Positions 22,009-35,287 of a DNA stretch of 64,000 bases are shown in pieces. A model generated the notes under the pieces. That model saw only the letters and a list, made by a program, of their open reading frames with translations, ran no database searches and had not been told where the DNA came from. The position numbers were made by a program, and so were the translations under genes. Source of the DNA: Cirrosporium novae-zelandiae (Eukaryota); assembly GCA_026023565.1 (NCBI GenBank), contig JAPETS010000007.1:248001-312000 (forward strand), written 5' to 3'. Numbering within the stretch: the stretch's first letter is position 1; every line of letters begins with the position of its first letter.

Positions 22009-25000
22009 TTACAATGACCGCTTTTCGCTCTTCTCTTCGTAGCATTGGATTTGATCGCCAATCTGGAAATCTTCCCATTTCTCAAAGCTCACGCCACATT
22101 CTGTACCTCTGCGCACTTCAAGTACATCCTTCTTGACATTTTTGAGCGAGGAAAGCGAGCCTGTTATTTTCAATTAATACCAGCAGTGGAAATTTTGGAC
22201 CAGCTTTCAGCTTACCGTCGAAAACAATCTCATCACCTCGCTGCACCTTGACCTTGCGATTTCTCATAATCAAGCCGGTGCGAACTTTGCATCCCGCCAC
22301 ATTCTTAAATTCTCTTCCTTTGAGATTAATCTGGAAGATTTGTCCAATCTCTGCTTCGCCAAGTACACTCTTTGTGATTCTAGGCTTCAGCTGCTCAGAG
22401 AGCTTTGCCTTTACATCATCCACCAACTTGTAGATGATATTATGGTCGAGAATCTTGACCCCAGATGTCTCGGCCAAGCTGCGCACATGTGGGTCAACAT
22501 CAACGTTGAAGGCTAGTATGCAGCCGTTAGCAGTGGCGGCGTGTTCAATATCGAATTCGGTTACAGATCCAACACCCGAGCGGATGATATGAGGTCGCAC
22601 TTCTTCGTTACCAACACCACAGACAGAGTTGACGACTGCTTCCACGGAACCACTAACGTCGCCCTTGACAATAAAGTACACTTCTTTCATACCAGACCGT
22701 TCACTTGTTTCTGTGATAGAAGGTTGAGCAGAGATCTCTTCAATTGAATCTTCATTTTCAGCTAGTTCTTTTTCCCGCTTCTCCCTGTCACGCTCACTGC
22801 GTTCCTCCGCTCGCTGCTCGTTGATAGCTGCCGTATCTTCGGATAACTTGACAAGAGAAGCTTTTTCTCGACGATAGTCGATGGAGCTTTTGGCTTTCTG
22901 TTCATCGGGAGCTTGAAGAACTTCGTCGCCCGCTACAGGCTGATCTTTCCAGCCATCAACTTCAACAGGCGTACCGGGTCCAGCGGCAGGGACCTCAACA
23001 CCAGCTTCGTTCTTGAGAGTTCGAATGCGTCCCCAAGTCGTACCGGCGACAATAACGTCACCTGAGCGCATCGTCCCACGGCGGACGAGTACTGTAGCCA
23101 CACGCCCGCCCTTTTTCGTGGTAGCCTCGATTATCCAGCCTTCGGCAAGACCATCTTGTTCGGCGCGCATGTCTTGCATTTCAGCTAGGAGCATTGTAGC
23201 CTCTTCGAGATCATGCATTCCTTCACCAGTCTTGCCACTAATACAGACAGCCTGGGTGTCACCGCCATAGTCCTCGACAACAACGCCATACTTGGCAAGG
23301 TCTTGTTTGACTCTCTCAGGATCTGCTTCTTCCTTGTCAATCTTATTGATCGCCAACAAGATTGGGACATTGGCAGCTTTGGCATGATTAATCGCCTCAA
23401 TCGTTTGAGGCATAACGCTGTCATCTGCTGCAACTACAAGAATCACAATGTCTGTGACATTTGCTCCTCGTTGGCGCATGCTTAAAAATGCAGCGTGACC
23501 TGGAGTGTCGAGAAAAGTCATGGTTTTTCCGGATGGCATCTTAACGGAGAAAGCTCCAATGTGTTGCGTGATACCGCCAAATTCCGAAGCCACAACTGAG
23601 GACTTCCGAAGGGAGTCCAAGATGGTAGTTTTACCATGATCAACGTGGCCCATTATAGTAATTATTGGTGGGCGTTGTGGTAGTACTGACATGTCCTCCA
23701 CGGGTGGACGAGGAAGAATATCTCTAGCGTCCTCCTGGTTGTCATATCTTGGTTCGAAGCTGAACTCCTGAGCAATCAAACCAGCAGTCTCCCCATCAAC
23801 AATATGATCATAACTTGTCTCCTCAAATCCAAGTTCCAGTAATTTTGCCTCAAATTGTTCGGGTGATACGTGGAGAGCAGTTGCGAGGTTAGCTACGCTG
23901 ATGAATTCCGGGAGATAGATAGGAGTCGGCGCGGCTGCCTTAGCCTTCTTCTTTAATTCCTTATTCTTCCTCCGTCTCCTGCGTTCGGCTCGGTCCTCAC
24001 TATAGTCATCGTAATCTATATCGTAGGTTTCCGCAAGTTTTTGTCGCCCTTTTGCAACGCGCGATGCTGGCATATGTTCAAGTTTTGGTGTGGGAACCGA
24101 CGTTATCCATGGATTCCCATTATGCATCTTAGAGTTTTCCTTCGCTTCCGCGTAGCCAACTTTCTCTTCAGTAGCCACGAAAGGTTGAGTATAAACCTCT
24201 CCTGAAGGGTTGAAAGTCCTGGCCATAGTTTCATCAACTGCATTGCCCCAATCCTCCCAGGAGCGTGATGGTTTGGGTTCACCAGATTGCGCAGTAAGTG
24301 GAATATAGTCACCCTGCTTTGACTGTTGCTCTCGATCCTGTTGTTTTTGGCGATCAAGGAGCACTTCTGATAACTTCTTTTGCGAAGGGTATGACGTTTG
24401 TAGATGAGACCAGCTCTTAGTAACAGAATCGTTCCATTTAGGCATGCTAAGCGTTGGTTGCCTCGGTTGCAAACAACTTATGCATTTAGACCGGGAAAGG
24501 CGATTTGAGCGGCCACAACTTGAGCATTGCCAAGTGCCTTGCGAAGTCGTAGCACTCTTAGCAGGTCCCGGCTCGACTTGGGCGTGTTTGGGTTGCTGGA
24601 CCTCATCTCCCGTGAATCTACTACGGCGGTATGAAGGGTAGTTGGAGTCTACGGATGATGGCGTATTAGTTAGATGATAGGAGGTGGAAGAAAGTTGTTG
24701 CCGGATTAAGGGCCTTTGTTCGCGTGGAGTTCTGCTAATTGAAGTATGGTGGTGTTGCGTTGCGGGGTACTGTCTAGGTGTAGGCTCCCGGGGATGAACC
24801 GGGACAGTATGTTGAGCAGAAGCCTGCTTTTGTCGCTGCTCTTCAGGCGATAGCTTGACAGTAAATGAATTGGATGCCCAGCTTGAGGTAGATGAAGGCT
24901 TTCCCCAGCTTCCGCTGGAAGGATCCGCTGGCAGTGGTGTATTATCCCAAGAATCCCGGTCTTGATCTTCTACCTCAGCAGTAGCATATGCGGGTGGTTT

Positions 25001-25210
25001 ATATGCAGTAGTAGAGGTTTTCAAAGTCCTTCGCCCTAAGGTCCATGCTCGAGGTCCTATAGAGGCCTCAAGTTCGAGGGCGGCGGCGCAAAAGATACAG
25101 AGGGATTGTGTTCGGAAGGGCTGGCAAAAAAATTATTAGTTTCAACATGAAGGCTTAACGGAAGGAATTAATAAGTCTAGGCTCACAGTGGAGAGTTGCT
25201 GCGGTGGCAT
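22009..25210 (-). CDS. IFM1: Mitochondrial translation initiation factor IF-2
   Basis: G-domain IMGHVDHGKTT, GGITQHIGAF, DTPGHAAF, NKID; KGDVSGSVEA; C-terminal KNVKKDV..GTECG. Introns 25186-25121 and 22215-22161 keep the frame. Confidence 0.93.
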
Positions 25211-25496
25211 TTTTAAAAGAGAGTGGAGATGAAGTCAGATAGCAATAACAGCAAGGAATCTGAAGCTTGGTGAATTTAATCTTGCCGTTCCCTAGAAATA
25301 TATTGGTACACGAATTGACTTCGGAGTATGACGGGGGTCTAAGATAATCCGATAGACCGAACTTTCCCGATGTTGGCCTTAGGCATAGAGTAATAGTTTA
25401 AATAATTCAGCTATCCCCATAGAATATCATGCATTGCTTTAGACATAAGACTATCTGATATTGTAATAATCAAGGCCAAGGTCAATCGCCATACTG

Positions 25497-27506
25497 CTAC
25501 TCTGTTGACATTTTCTTACACCCGCCCTTGACATTCACTATTTCTCCTGCTGTCGCATTAAGATGGTCCCCGTCCAGTTCAATAAAATTGTTTATGCCCG
25601 CATCTGGCACTCTTATGATTCCACTACTTTCTTCCGGTGTACACCAACTGAGACTCCATGATCCCGTGCTGCTAACGTTCCAGTTTGCAGAGAACTTCCC
25701 AAGCGATGTCACGAACCCTCCTTCTACAGACTCGAGGTCTCCAAACTGTGGCTGAAGCGACCAGGTAACACCAGCAGGAGACGTAACCTCCAAGCCAAGA
25801 ATAAAATTTGTCAAAGCCGATGTAGGACCAGAACTCCATCCGTGAGAATGGGATATGTAACTAGCATCATAATAGTACCCTCTTGAGCTTCGATACCCAA
25901 ATGTGCCATTTTGGAGGTAGCCTTCGATAATTGTGGACTCTGTACTATTGGCGTTGTTGATAATCCAACCCCAGGTTGTGCGAAGGAGTGAGAGAGCACG
26001 AGTGGTGTTGCGTAAAGTGAAATGTGATTGGAGTTCGAAGCTAGAGATAAAGGGGGAGATATTTTCAGGTAGTTCAGGGGCGACGGGGCCAATTGGTGTC
26101 CAATTTTTAGTGAGCTTTTCTGAAATTGATTCAGCACGGGAGGAGCTGGTGACATTGAATAGGACTGCAAGACTATTTGCATCTTGTGGATGGAGAGTAG
26201 TGTTTGTGTCGTTATCTTTAAAGGCACCATACGATCCATCCCAGCACCTAGCATTAATTGCCGTCTTGAGCGAGACAGCTTGTAATGTCCAATTTGCACC
26301 CAAGGACTGGTCATCCATCCAACCAGCCATAACAGCGCCTGTTATCAGTGTATGATATAATATCATATTCGCCTCCGAGTTATGGAATCCTTGTTGCCAG
26401 CGAGCCCAGTCTCTTGTTCCTGTCACATTCATTAATCCCGAAGAGTCTACTTTCCCTAGAACGTAATTCATAGCCAACTGGTATCCCGCCCAGTTTTCTT
26501 CTAAAAAAGCCGTATTGTTGCTGTAGAGCATATAGTTATACGTTCCAACCATTGTCCACATATGATATGTGTCACTATTCTTCTGACTCAGTGGAGGACC
26601 GGACTCATCAAACGCGCCAGTTGTGAGATTTTGATAGTCATACATGACCTGCAAGGCATTCTTGACACTTTCTAAATCTCCAATACTTACGAACATACTC
26701 GGTACTGCAATCCCCATATCTCCGGGCCACACAGCTCGGTCACGCTTTGCGCCATCAACAATAATAGTATCGTCGAGTCCAAGGGTGGCATTATTAGCCC
26801 AACCATGCTTGAGGGTTGGAATTTGACGCCCCGTATTAACTGGTACCGCGTTCGTCTGCAGAGTATAGGCGCCAGCATACCAGATACGGTTGAGCAGTAA
26901 ATCAGAACTATGAAAATAACCTTTATACGCACGGAGGTTGGACCAGGTGGGCTGGAAGGAGAGCTCAAGAGATATGTCAGTGAGAGAAAGAGAGGCATTG
27001 GCGGTATCAGCCAGGAGGAAGACTGTTAAGTAACGAAATCCCCCTCGGAGGACCTTGTCAGGCATTGTATAGCTTCCATTGCCGGATGTAAATGCGCTAG
27101 TTAGATATCCATCACCCTGAGCGAATGCACCGTTGGAGGAGTCTGATAAATATCCAATCCAGTTTTTAGCTTCTGAGAAAGCGAGACCTATTTCGCCAGT
27201 ACCACTAGCGGTATAGGAAACGGTAACAATCCCGCCAACTTCAATGCCAAAATCATAAGTGATGAGTGACAGGTTTCCGGGAAGAGTAATAGTCTCAGGG
27301 TATGCTGTTTCATTCAGGTTCGGCCAAGATAGAATGGTCTTAGGCGAGACCACTCGCGTTGAAGGGGAATAGATGTTTGATTCCCAGGTTCCTGGGAATG
27401 TGGCATCGGTAGGACCATCACAGGTGACGTTTCTCCAACATTGAGCAAATGCGGGAACAGCAAACAAGGGAAGAAGGAAAAGGGCAAGTGATGAAATCGA
27501 GGCCAT
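25497..27506 (-). CDS. Secreted glycoside hydrolase family 78 (alpha-L-rhamnosidase-like)
   Basis: Signal peptide MASISSLALFLLPLFAVPAFA; GH78 motifs DGAKRDRAVWPGDM and SHSHGWSSGPT; many N-glycosylation sequons; intronless. Confidence 0.88.
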   Translation of the reverse strand: MASISSLALFLLPLFAVPAFAQCWRNVTCDGPTDATFPGTWESNIYSPSTRVVSPKTILSWPNLNETAYPETITLPGNLSLITYDFGIEVGGIVTVSYTASGTGEIGLAFSEAKNWIGYLSDSSNGAFAQGDGYLTSAFTSGNGSYTMPDKVLRGGFRYLTVFLLADTANASLSLTDISLELSFQPTWSNLRAYKGYFHSSDLLLNRIWYAGAYTLQTNAVPVNTGRQIPTLKHGWANNATLGLDDTIIVDGAKRDRAVWPGDMGIAVPSMFVSIGDLESVKNALQVMYDYQNLTTGAFDESGPPLSQKNSDTYHMWTMVGTYNYMLYSNNTAFLEENWAGYQLAMNYVLGKVDSSGLMNVTGTRDWARWQQGFHNSEANMILYHTLITGAVMAGWMDDQSLGANWTLQAVSLKTAINARCWDGSYGAFKDNDTNTTLHPQDANSLAVLFNVTSSSRAESISEKLTKNWTPIGPVAPELPENISPFISSFELQSHFTLRNTTRALSLLRTTWGWIINNANSTESTIIEGYLQNGTFGYRSSRGYYYDASYISHSHGWSSGPTSALTNFILGLEVTSPAGVTWSLQPQFGDLESVEGGFVTSLGKFSANWNVSSTGSWSLSWCTPEESSGIIRVPDAGINNFIELDGDHLNATAGEIVNVKGGCKKMSTE

Positions 27507-28709
27507 CAAGTATTCATAGAATCAACATAGCAGAAGAAAAACCTGTTGAATATGCTCTTCATAAGAACACCATAGAAATATTCTAATGTACTGTACTTAG
27601 GTACCTTTAAGTCATAGAGACATGATGTATTCGGTATAAAGGCAGACCGAAGCAAATATCAAAGCTGGCTGCTACAGCGTTAGCGGCCTTTTCTGAGAGG
27701 CATTTTGATCGTGGGGGTGGATGAGGGGAATAACGAGATCGATATTGTCCCTGGTTCATAATCTCAAATATGGTGATAGTGAATATTTTACAACCTAGGA
27801 GGGAAGTCAGCGGAGAAATTATTGTTTAAAGTACGGAAAACAAAAGGGGGTTGAACCGGTAGAGGTACTAATAAGCCTATCATCATACAGTAAATTCAAA
27901 GTGCGGGGGGTGGAAATGTGGAGATATTAGGAGAGTCAACCACCTGCCATGTTTTTCTTTAGTTACTATAGCTTTGAAGGAAATTGGAATTGTCGACGTA
28001 GAAACTAATTCATGAATTTATCCTCTAACCTTTAGTCACCCCAGTTTTGTCGTTATTGAATTGGATACGGGGCACCTGCCCCCGCATGATCTTCCGCATC
28101 CGAGCCGTATACACCGTGCTCAAACCCCAGAGTTAGCTTTATGGATAATATAGGTAGAGAGAAGGATCGAACCAAATCAAACACAATTGCAGTGGCATCG
28201 TTAAATATTTGCCCGAAACGCATACGTCTATAACCCATGGTATTTACATAAATACAAGTTCTTCCTGAGGCGAGGCCACCATCGAGAATGCTAAGTGGCG
28301 GTTTCCATGGAAGGAGCTCAATCATAGATGAACTAGCTCCCTTGTCGGAGAAGTCATGATTTGAGGGGTATACTTTCATTGTCTGCTGGTAGTATTCTGA
28401 CTGGTGAGAAATTGATAGATGAAATTTTATCTCCCAATCATAGATACATGAATTCAAAATACTGTGCATGGGCCTCGGCCTGCTCTTTGTCTAGCCGTAT
28501 AAAGTGCCCTGGCTCCCACGTCTAAGTGCTGGAAGATTGGCTTGGACAACGGAAAGAGAGGTAATTACTCGAGACAAAGACAGTCCTACATTCAATTATA
28601 CTTATCTCGGAACAGTTGTTGCCGGTTAAGTAGACTATACAATGTTTTACAAGGATCTATTGACCCAAAGTAGATCAGAAAAGGGAACACAGAACGCTTT
28701 ACCTGGTCT

Positions 28710-30154
28710 TTATCGCTTCTCGGTCCCGTTAACAAGCCGTTCTTCCCTTTCTCTCCATTGACGCATTAGTTCAAAAACAACCTCAACGGCAATCAAGACG
28801 ATGATTGTCCATTCCAGAACGAGACCATGTCTCTCGCTGAGTCTTTCACGTAAAACGCTTGCTATCTCTGAAGCATAGTCCATCTTTTCGTTGAGAAGCT
28901 TGATTCGTATATTGATATCTAGCGCTTTCCCAACTTGTTCATAATAGCCTTCTAACCCAAGTTCATGACGGCTATCCCAGAATAGATCAGGAAGGGAATC
29001 TGTCAACTCCGAATATAAGTTGAGCTGTGCTCTAATACTCAATAGTTGGCCAGTCTTCATGAGGATAAAACGCCTAGTGAACGGTAGGCGTGAACCACGA
29101 GCCATCACAGTTGGTATTGATTTTGTAGCCTGGAAATAGTCATCCAAAAGTGTTTCCAAAATTGCCAGTTTTGTAGAGCGTGCTAGTCCAGATGAAAAGG
29201 CAATTTTGGCTAACACTGTGTCGACTTGACTTCTTTGATGGTGAGATTCCGTCGCTGTGGTGGCATCTGGAGAACTAGATCCTGAATCGATGACTTGCTG
29301 AGACAAGGTTTGCGCTTTTGTGCCGAGGACAATTGTGTCGCCCTTAACGCCGCTATTTTCCCTGGTGGGGTCTTCGAGATATTCTAGATTTTCTGTTTCC
29401 AACTGCCCAATATGTGGATTTTTGGCTGCTGGAAGTAGAGTTTTCATAGCAAAGTAAGATGTGAAATTCTCTGGAAGACCCCATGCTACCATCGTTCCTG
29501 ACGGAAATATGAGGATATCTCCAACCTCATCAACAGACAAGTCATGACTGCTAAGACTCAATGTCCTTCGAAGGGAATCAAGAGGCACTTGGATGTGCAC
29601 AACTTGAGGAAATAGACCAGTATTGCATGGGTCTGGCTCATAGCCTTTTGCACGCAAAATGTCCAAGGTTATTGATAGATCGAATTGCTCCGCAACGCAA
29701 TATGCCGTTACAGTCTAGATAACCCATCAACTTAGGTTGCCATGCAACGTGATAAAATTAGGCGTACCTTAGTCTCCGAAGTAATGTCAAGACCAGTCCC
29801 TGAAGCCTTGCGATCTCGAGTCCTCTGTGCTTCTACAGCCACCTGTCGTAAGGAGGTCTTCCCAGTAGGGAATCTACTAGATTTCCTTTTCGAAGATAAA
29901 GAAATGATAGGTGGTAGATCTTCATCTTTCGGCGATTCTGAGGACGATTTCTGCAGTTGCAGATACGGGTTTGTGGAGAAGAAATCTCGTTTTCGCGGAA
30001 ATGGAAGGGCCGAGGAGGCGTGAAGAGGCTGAAATCGGTGTCGGGGTTGAGAGAAAACCGTGGTGCTTGGGCGGATCAATATGTATAGGCATTTGGAAGT
30101 TGTTGCAGGTCTGATACTGTTAAGTTGACGCCATGATACTGCTGAGGAAAACAT
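28710..30154 (-). CDS. RMND1/Mrx10-like DUF155 mitochondrial protein
   Basis: Mitochondrial-presequence-like N-terminus. Intron 29767-29715 gives TVTAYCVAEQFDL; AFSSGLARSTKL, LPDLFWDS, RIKLLNEKMDYA, LEWTIIVLIAVE. Confidence 0.85.
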
Positions 30155-30496
30155 TGTCGCAATCTTCTTAGTTGGGTATGTGCTTTTAACAGCGAAGACT
30201 CATAAGCCCTAAGTCGCATTTTGAGTGCCCTTGGAGCATTATTGAAGTATTATCGTAGATTAGGTCAGAAGTATTATATATATTATTTTTTATTTTTTAT
30301 AACAATCTTGCACAAAGCCTCGGACTGCTTCGGGCCACTCAGGACAAGGTTATGCAGGAGTGCCAGACTAGCGGGAGGTAGTCGGGACCAGTCAAATCAT
30401 ATGCCGGGGCGCCTTTTCGTTGAGCTCACAGTGCATTACAGCTGTGCAGCTCTTACAGCTCACCCAGCTTAGTTGTCACATCCACTCTTTGATCGC

Positions 30497-33400
30497 ATGG
30501 CTCCGGAGGTGGGAGGGCTTAATTTAGAAAATGATTCTATACAACGAGAAACGAAAGAGAAAGCGAAAATGGCAGAAGCAACAGAAGACGATAACCGGGA
30601 AGAGGACTCTGAGGAGAGCGACGAGGAAGAAGACGAAGAACCCAAGCTTAAGTACGCTCCGGTGACGAGAAGCCTGCTGCCCGTATATCGCAATGGCGAT
30701 GCTACGAGTACTTTTATTGTTGCGGGAGATAAAATGGTAAGCGCGTTCTTAGATATCCTGCAATGCAGCTGTCAAGAGGATTGTTTTGAATGCTAGCATA
30801 CTGACGACCTTTTAGGTAATGGGCACACATAATGGAAATATAGTGAGTAGCTCCCGGATCTCATGTCAAATTTCAGTGCTAAAGTACTCTAGCATGTTGT
30901 CTCACTCCCTACATTTCAATCATTACGGGTATATCATGCACATTCAGCAAGCGTTACAGCTGTGTCAATATCACCCTTCCCACCCCCGCTTCCAAATATT
31001 AGATCAGATGCTAGCTTTCGACGCCCTCTCGAACGTCGACAGACTCTCGAGCGTCGACAGACCGCTGTTAAGCCGACTTTGAACGGGACGGCTACTACGA
31101 CTTCACCGAGAAGCACCAGATCCCTACTACCACTGCCTCCCACACCATCAAATTCAATCTACATTGCAACTTCTTCAATAGACGGACTTGTATGTGTGAC
31201 GTCTTTGGTTGACGCGAAGGATTCGACGAAGAGGAACTTTTCACGTCCTATACAAACAGTAGCATTATCCCCAGAATACAAGAGTGACAGGACCTACTTG
31301 TCAGGAGGGTTAGCGGGACAACTTATTCTCACAGTTAGCGGCCAGCCTGGAACGAGTTCTATATCCACAGTCTCAGGAGGAGCTGGAGCAACAGCCTCTG
31401 GATGGCTTGGAGCTATTGGTCTCGGTCCAAATGTCGGGAAAGATACTGTTTTGCATTCCGGAGAGGGGGCTATAAGCATAATAAAATGGTCGTTATCAGG
31501 GAAATATGTAGTCTGGGTTAATGAGCAAGGTATCAAGATCATGCGCTCGGGTCTTTACCTGGAATCTGTTGATTCTGATTTTGCCTGGAAACGCATCTCC
31601 CATGTTGATCGGCCAGACCTTCCAGGATGGGAGGAAATGGCTAGTGTATGGAAAGCAAGAGCCGAATGGGTTGACGAGACCAATATTGAAGCAGACGACT
31701 TAGCCACAACGACAAATGGCACTCACAACGTTGGTGGACATTCTCCAGTAAGGTCCCAACGCAATTTGACAGAGAAACTGGTCGTTGGTTGGGGCGGCAC
31801 TATATGGATTCTGAAAATATACCCTGGCGGTGCTGGGACTGGTAAAGAGGTTGGTGAGAGGAAGATCGGCCACGCAGAACTTGTCACTATGTAAGCCTAC
31901 AAAGACTTATTTCTTTACCTCATGCTTACTTATGGATAGTTTACGGACAGATTGCATAATCTCCGGTGTATCATTATACTCCCAAAACGTGCTTGCCGTG
32001 CTTGCATATGTATCTCCAGATGACGAGGAGGCATCACAATCCGTTTCTCCGAGTCTCCGACGTCGGCATCACAGAGAAAATGCTGTACAACCTGAGTTGC
32101 GTCTCATCAATGTTGATACTAAGGAAGAAATAAGTGCAGATACTCTAACAGTCAGTCGATATGAAACTCTATCAGCGTCGGATTATCAGATGGGAGTATT
32201 ACCAGATATAGGAAATAAAAGTACGCCAACCACACAACGGGGTGCCCTTGGTGTTCTTGGAGAGGGGTTTTGGAACGCGGCCTTTAACCCAGCAAGTCTA
32301 TTTGGATCCAATGCAAGTATTCGAAGTAATGGGAGCGGCGATAAAGACCTAGGATCAAGTACAATGGTGTCCAGCACTATAGGATCTGGAAAAGCAGCGA
32401 TTTTGTCCTCCAGTCGATCGTCTGACCTGCCCCTAGTTGCAACATCAACGGGGATGAAGATTTTCATTCATAGCCCGTATGATTGCGTCATTGCTATGAA
32501 GCGAGATTTATCTGATCATCTGTCGTGGCTTGACAGTCATGAACGCTATGAGGAAGCCTGGGACTTGATTAATGAACACCCCGAAACTGTGATTGCGAGT
32601 ACTGATAACATACCCCTCAGTTCACCAACCACGCCAACAAGAGCCCAATCCAGCCTGGCCGAGTTTTTTGCTGATAACAGCTCTCAGTCTACATCGGTGG
32701 CCCACCGCGAAGCAAATTCTACCGCAGAGAAAGAGAAACGCCGAATTGGTGACCTTTGGGTTGAACAGTTAGTTAGAGCAAATGAGTGGGGGCACGCTGG
32801 TGCCGTCTGTGGCAAGGTGCTAGACACATCTACAAGGTGGGAACACTGGGTCTGGATTTTTGCGAAGAACAACAAGATTGAAGAGATAGCACCATATATC
32901 CCGACCACACAATTAAATCCCCCGCTGCCCTCCTTGGTATATGAGGTCGTATTAGGTCACTATGTGACTAGAAATAGGCGACGGCTTAAAGAACTCCTCG
33001 ACCAGTGGCCCCCAGAACTGTTCGATATCCCCAGCGTCACTTCTGCGATTGAAGCCCAACTGAAAACTGGAGGAAAAGGAAAAGATTCTGACTGGCGAAC
33101 TTTGACAGAATGCCTAGCAAAACTTTACTTTTCTGACGCTCGTTACCAAGATGCCTTGCGCTGCTACATACGCCTTCAGGATGCGGATACTGCAATGGAG
33201 CTTATTAGGGAACACCACCTTATTGGCGACATATCTGATGACATACCTGGCCTGATTCTCCTTCGTGTATCTGACGAACAAATGAAGACGGCGTCTCTCA
33301 AGGAGTTAGAAGATGCCACCAAAGAACCTATCAGCCTATTAGTGGAAGAGGCTCACCATGGTCTAGTCGGCCCTGAAACAGTTGTCTCGCAACTGAATAC

Positions 33401-34499
33401 TGCAGATCTCCCTCTTTTCCTTTTCTTTTACCTTCGGGGGCTCTGGACCGGTCCCCATCGGTCAACGCTATCCGAAGAAGGAACCATACCTACTGCTCGT
33501 TCCGAGAAGCTTGCCAATGAATCTAGATCCCTTATTGAACCCTTTAGTGATACTGCCATCACTTTATTTGCAGAATACGACCGTCCCCTACTGATGAACT
33601 TCCTTCAGTCATCTCAATCTTATACATTCGAAAAAGCATCTGCTGTCTGCGAGGGACGAAACTATATCCCGGAACTTGTATATCTATTATCCAAAATTGG
33701 ACAAACAAAGCAGGCCTTGCGACTCATCATCGATCGACTCCAAGATGTTTCGCAGGCCATTGCCTTTTGTAAGACACAAGATGACCCCGATCTTTGGAAT
33801 GATCTTCTAGAAGACAGTATGGATAAGCCGCGCTTTATTCGAGGTCTTTTAGAAGAAGTTGGTACAGCCATTGACCCTGCCACCCTTGTACGTCGTATAC
33901 CAGAAGGCCTTGAGATTGAAGGCTTACGGGAAGGTCTCAGTCGCATGATTCGCGAATTTGAGATTCAAGGTAGCATCAGCAGTGGTGTTGCAAAAGTACT
34001 GCAAAGTGAAGTCGCTGTTGGAATGAACGAATTACGAATGGGAAGGAGGAAGGGTATCAAGTTCCATATGGTTGAAGATGAATCTCCTCTAGCCGAAGAC
34101 ATAGAAACCCAGTCCCCCGAGCCACCTAATGAGGTTTCCAAACCTCTTAAGAGCACCCCTACCCCATCCGAGCAAGCAAAACCTGGTTATTGTCCTGGCT
34201 GTGACCTTCCATTTACAGAAAAAGAAACCCAGACACTTGTTGGCTTTGCTTGTCCTTTCAACCACGTCTGGCACCTATCTTGCCTGACCAACTTCAATAA
34301 GGGCAAAGGTAAAGGCCCGAACTCCGATGATGATACCCCCGAGCGGGAACTCAGGTTCGCTGTTGGTGATGAGGAAGGAAACTATGACTACTTTGCCAGA
34401 AGCGTTGGAGACAAAGTCACACATGCGAGGTTGCTAAGGGAGAGGATTGGAAAGGGATGTCCCTTGTGCGTACATAAGGATTTAGGGGAAGCATTCTGA
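30497..34499 (+). CDS. VPS41: HOPS subunit Vps41 (beta-propeller, clathrin repeat, RING-like C-terminus)
   Basis: EEPKLKY..GDATS..GTHNGNIH, ATSSIDG, RPIQTVALSP, DDPDLWNDLLEDSMDKPRFI, C-terminal Cys/His cluster. Introns 30736-30815, 30843-30892 and about 31891-31939. Confidence 0.92.
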
Positions 34500-35287
34500 C
34501 ATATTATTTGGTAAGAGAAACCGGCCTAGGGATATTACTTAATATAATTTGGTCATCTGACTTTGTAAACTTTTCGTAGGACGCGTTTGTGCTTATTCTG
34601 AGCAACCCATATAAATTGGATCTGTGAAAATGGTAGTTTGATTCTAGTAAACCATAATACCTGGTCGCCAGAGGTGCCAGTTCCAGTTCCTCCATTGGAA
34701 ATGATCCAAAACTGACAATATCCGGGTACCTGAACGGTTTCACTTAATTGTCACCAAGCTTTAGTGGCGCCGAGAAAAGCTTGTTGAAACGTCGTGCATC
34801 AACATCAATAGATCGAGTAGGAATAAGGTACAAAAGTGAAGTCAATGACGGAAGCGGGAATATGGTGAGTATTTGCTGAGTTTGGGAAGAAAACAAACTC
34901 GGAAAGTGGATTTCGGCTTGAAGGCCTAGGACCGTGGCGTATGCACACCACATCCTCAACTATAAAGATTGATTACTATCTACTTGAATGGTAATATGTT
35001 CCCGGATTCGCTGAGGGAATCGAAACAAAAAAAATAAGTAGTGATTGGATTGATTAACTACCCATAAAAAAGAAGGCCTAGATTCTGGTCGCTCCCCCTT
35101 CTCATTCGCTAAGGTAACGAGCAAGAATAGGCCTCACAAAATACATTCCAGCGTGATCTCCTAGAGCAAGATAGCAAGACCTTGTCCAAGAAGACATTTT
35201 TCCATCCTTTCATTCCATCATATCATTGTCTCCAACAGGAAAGATTTTAATACCATTGTGAGACGCCACATATCATTACACTCATAC

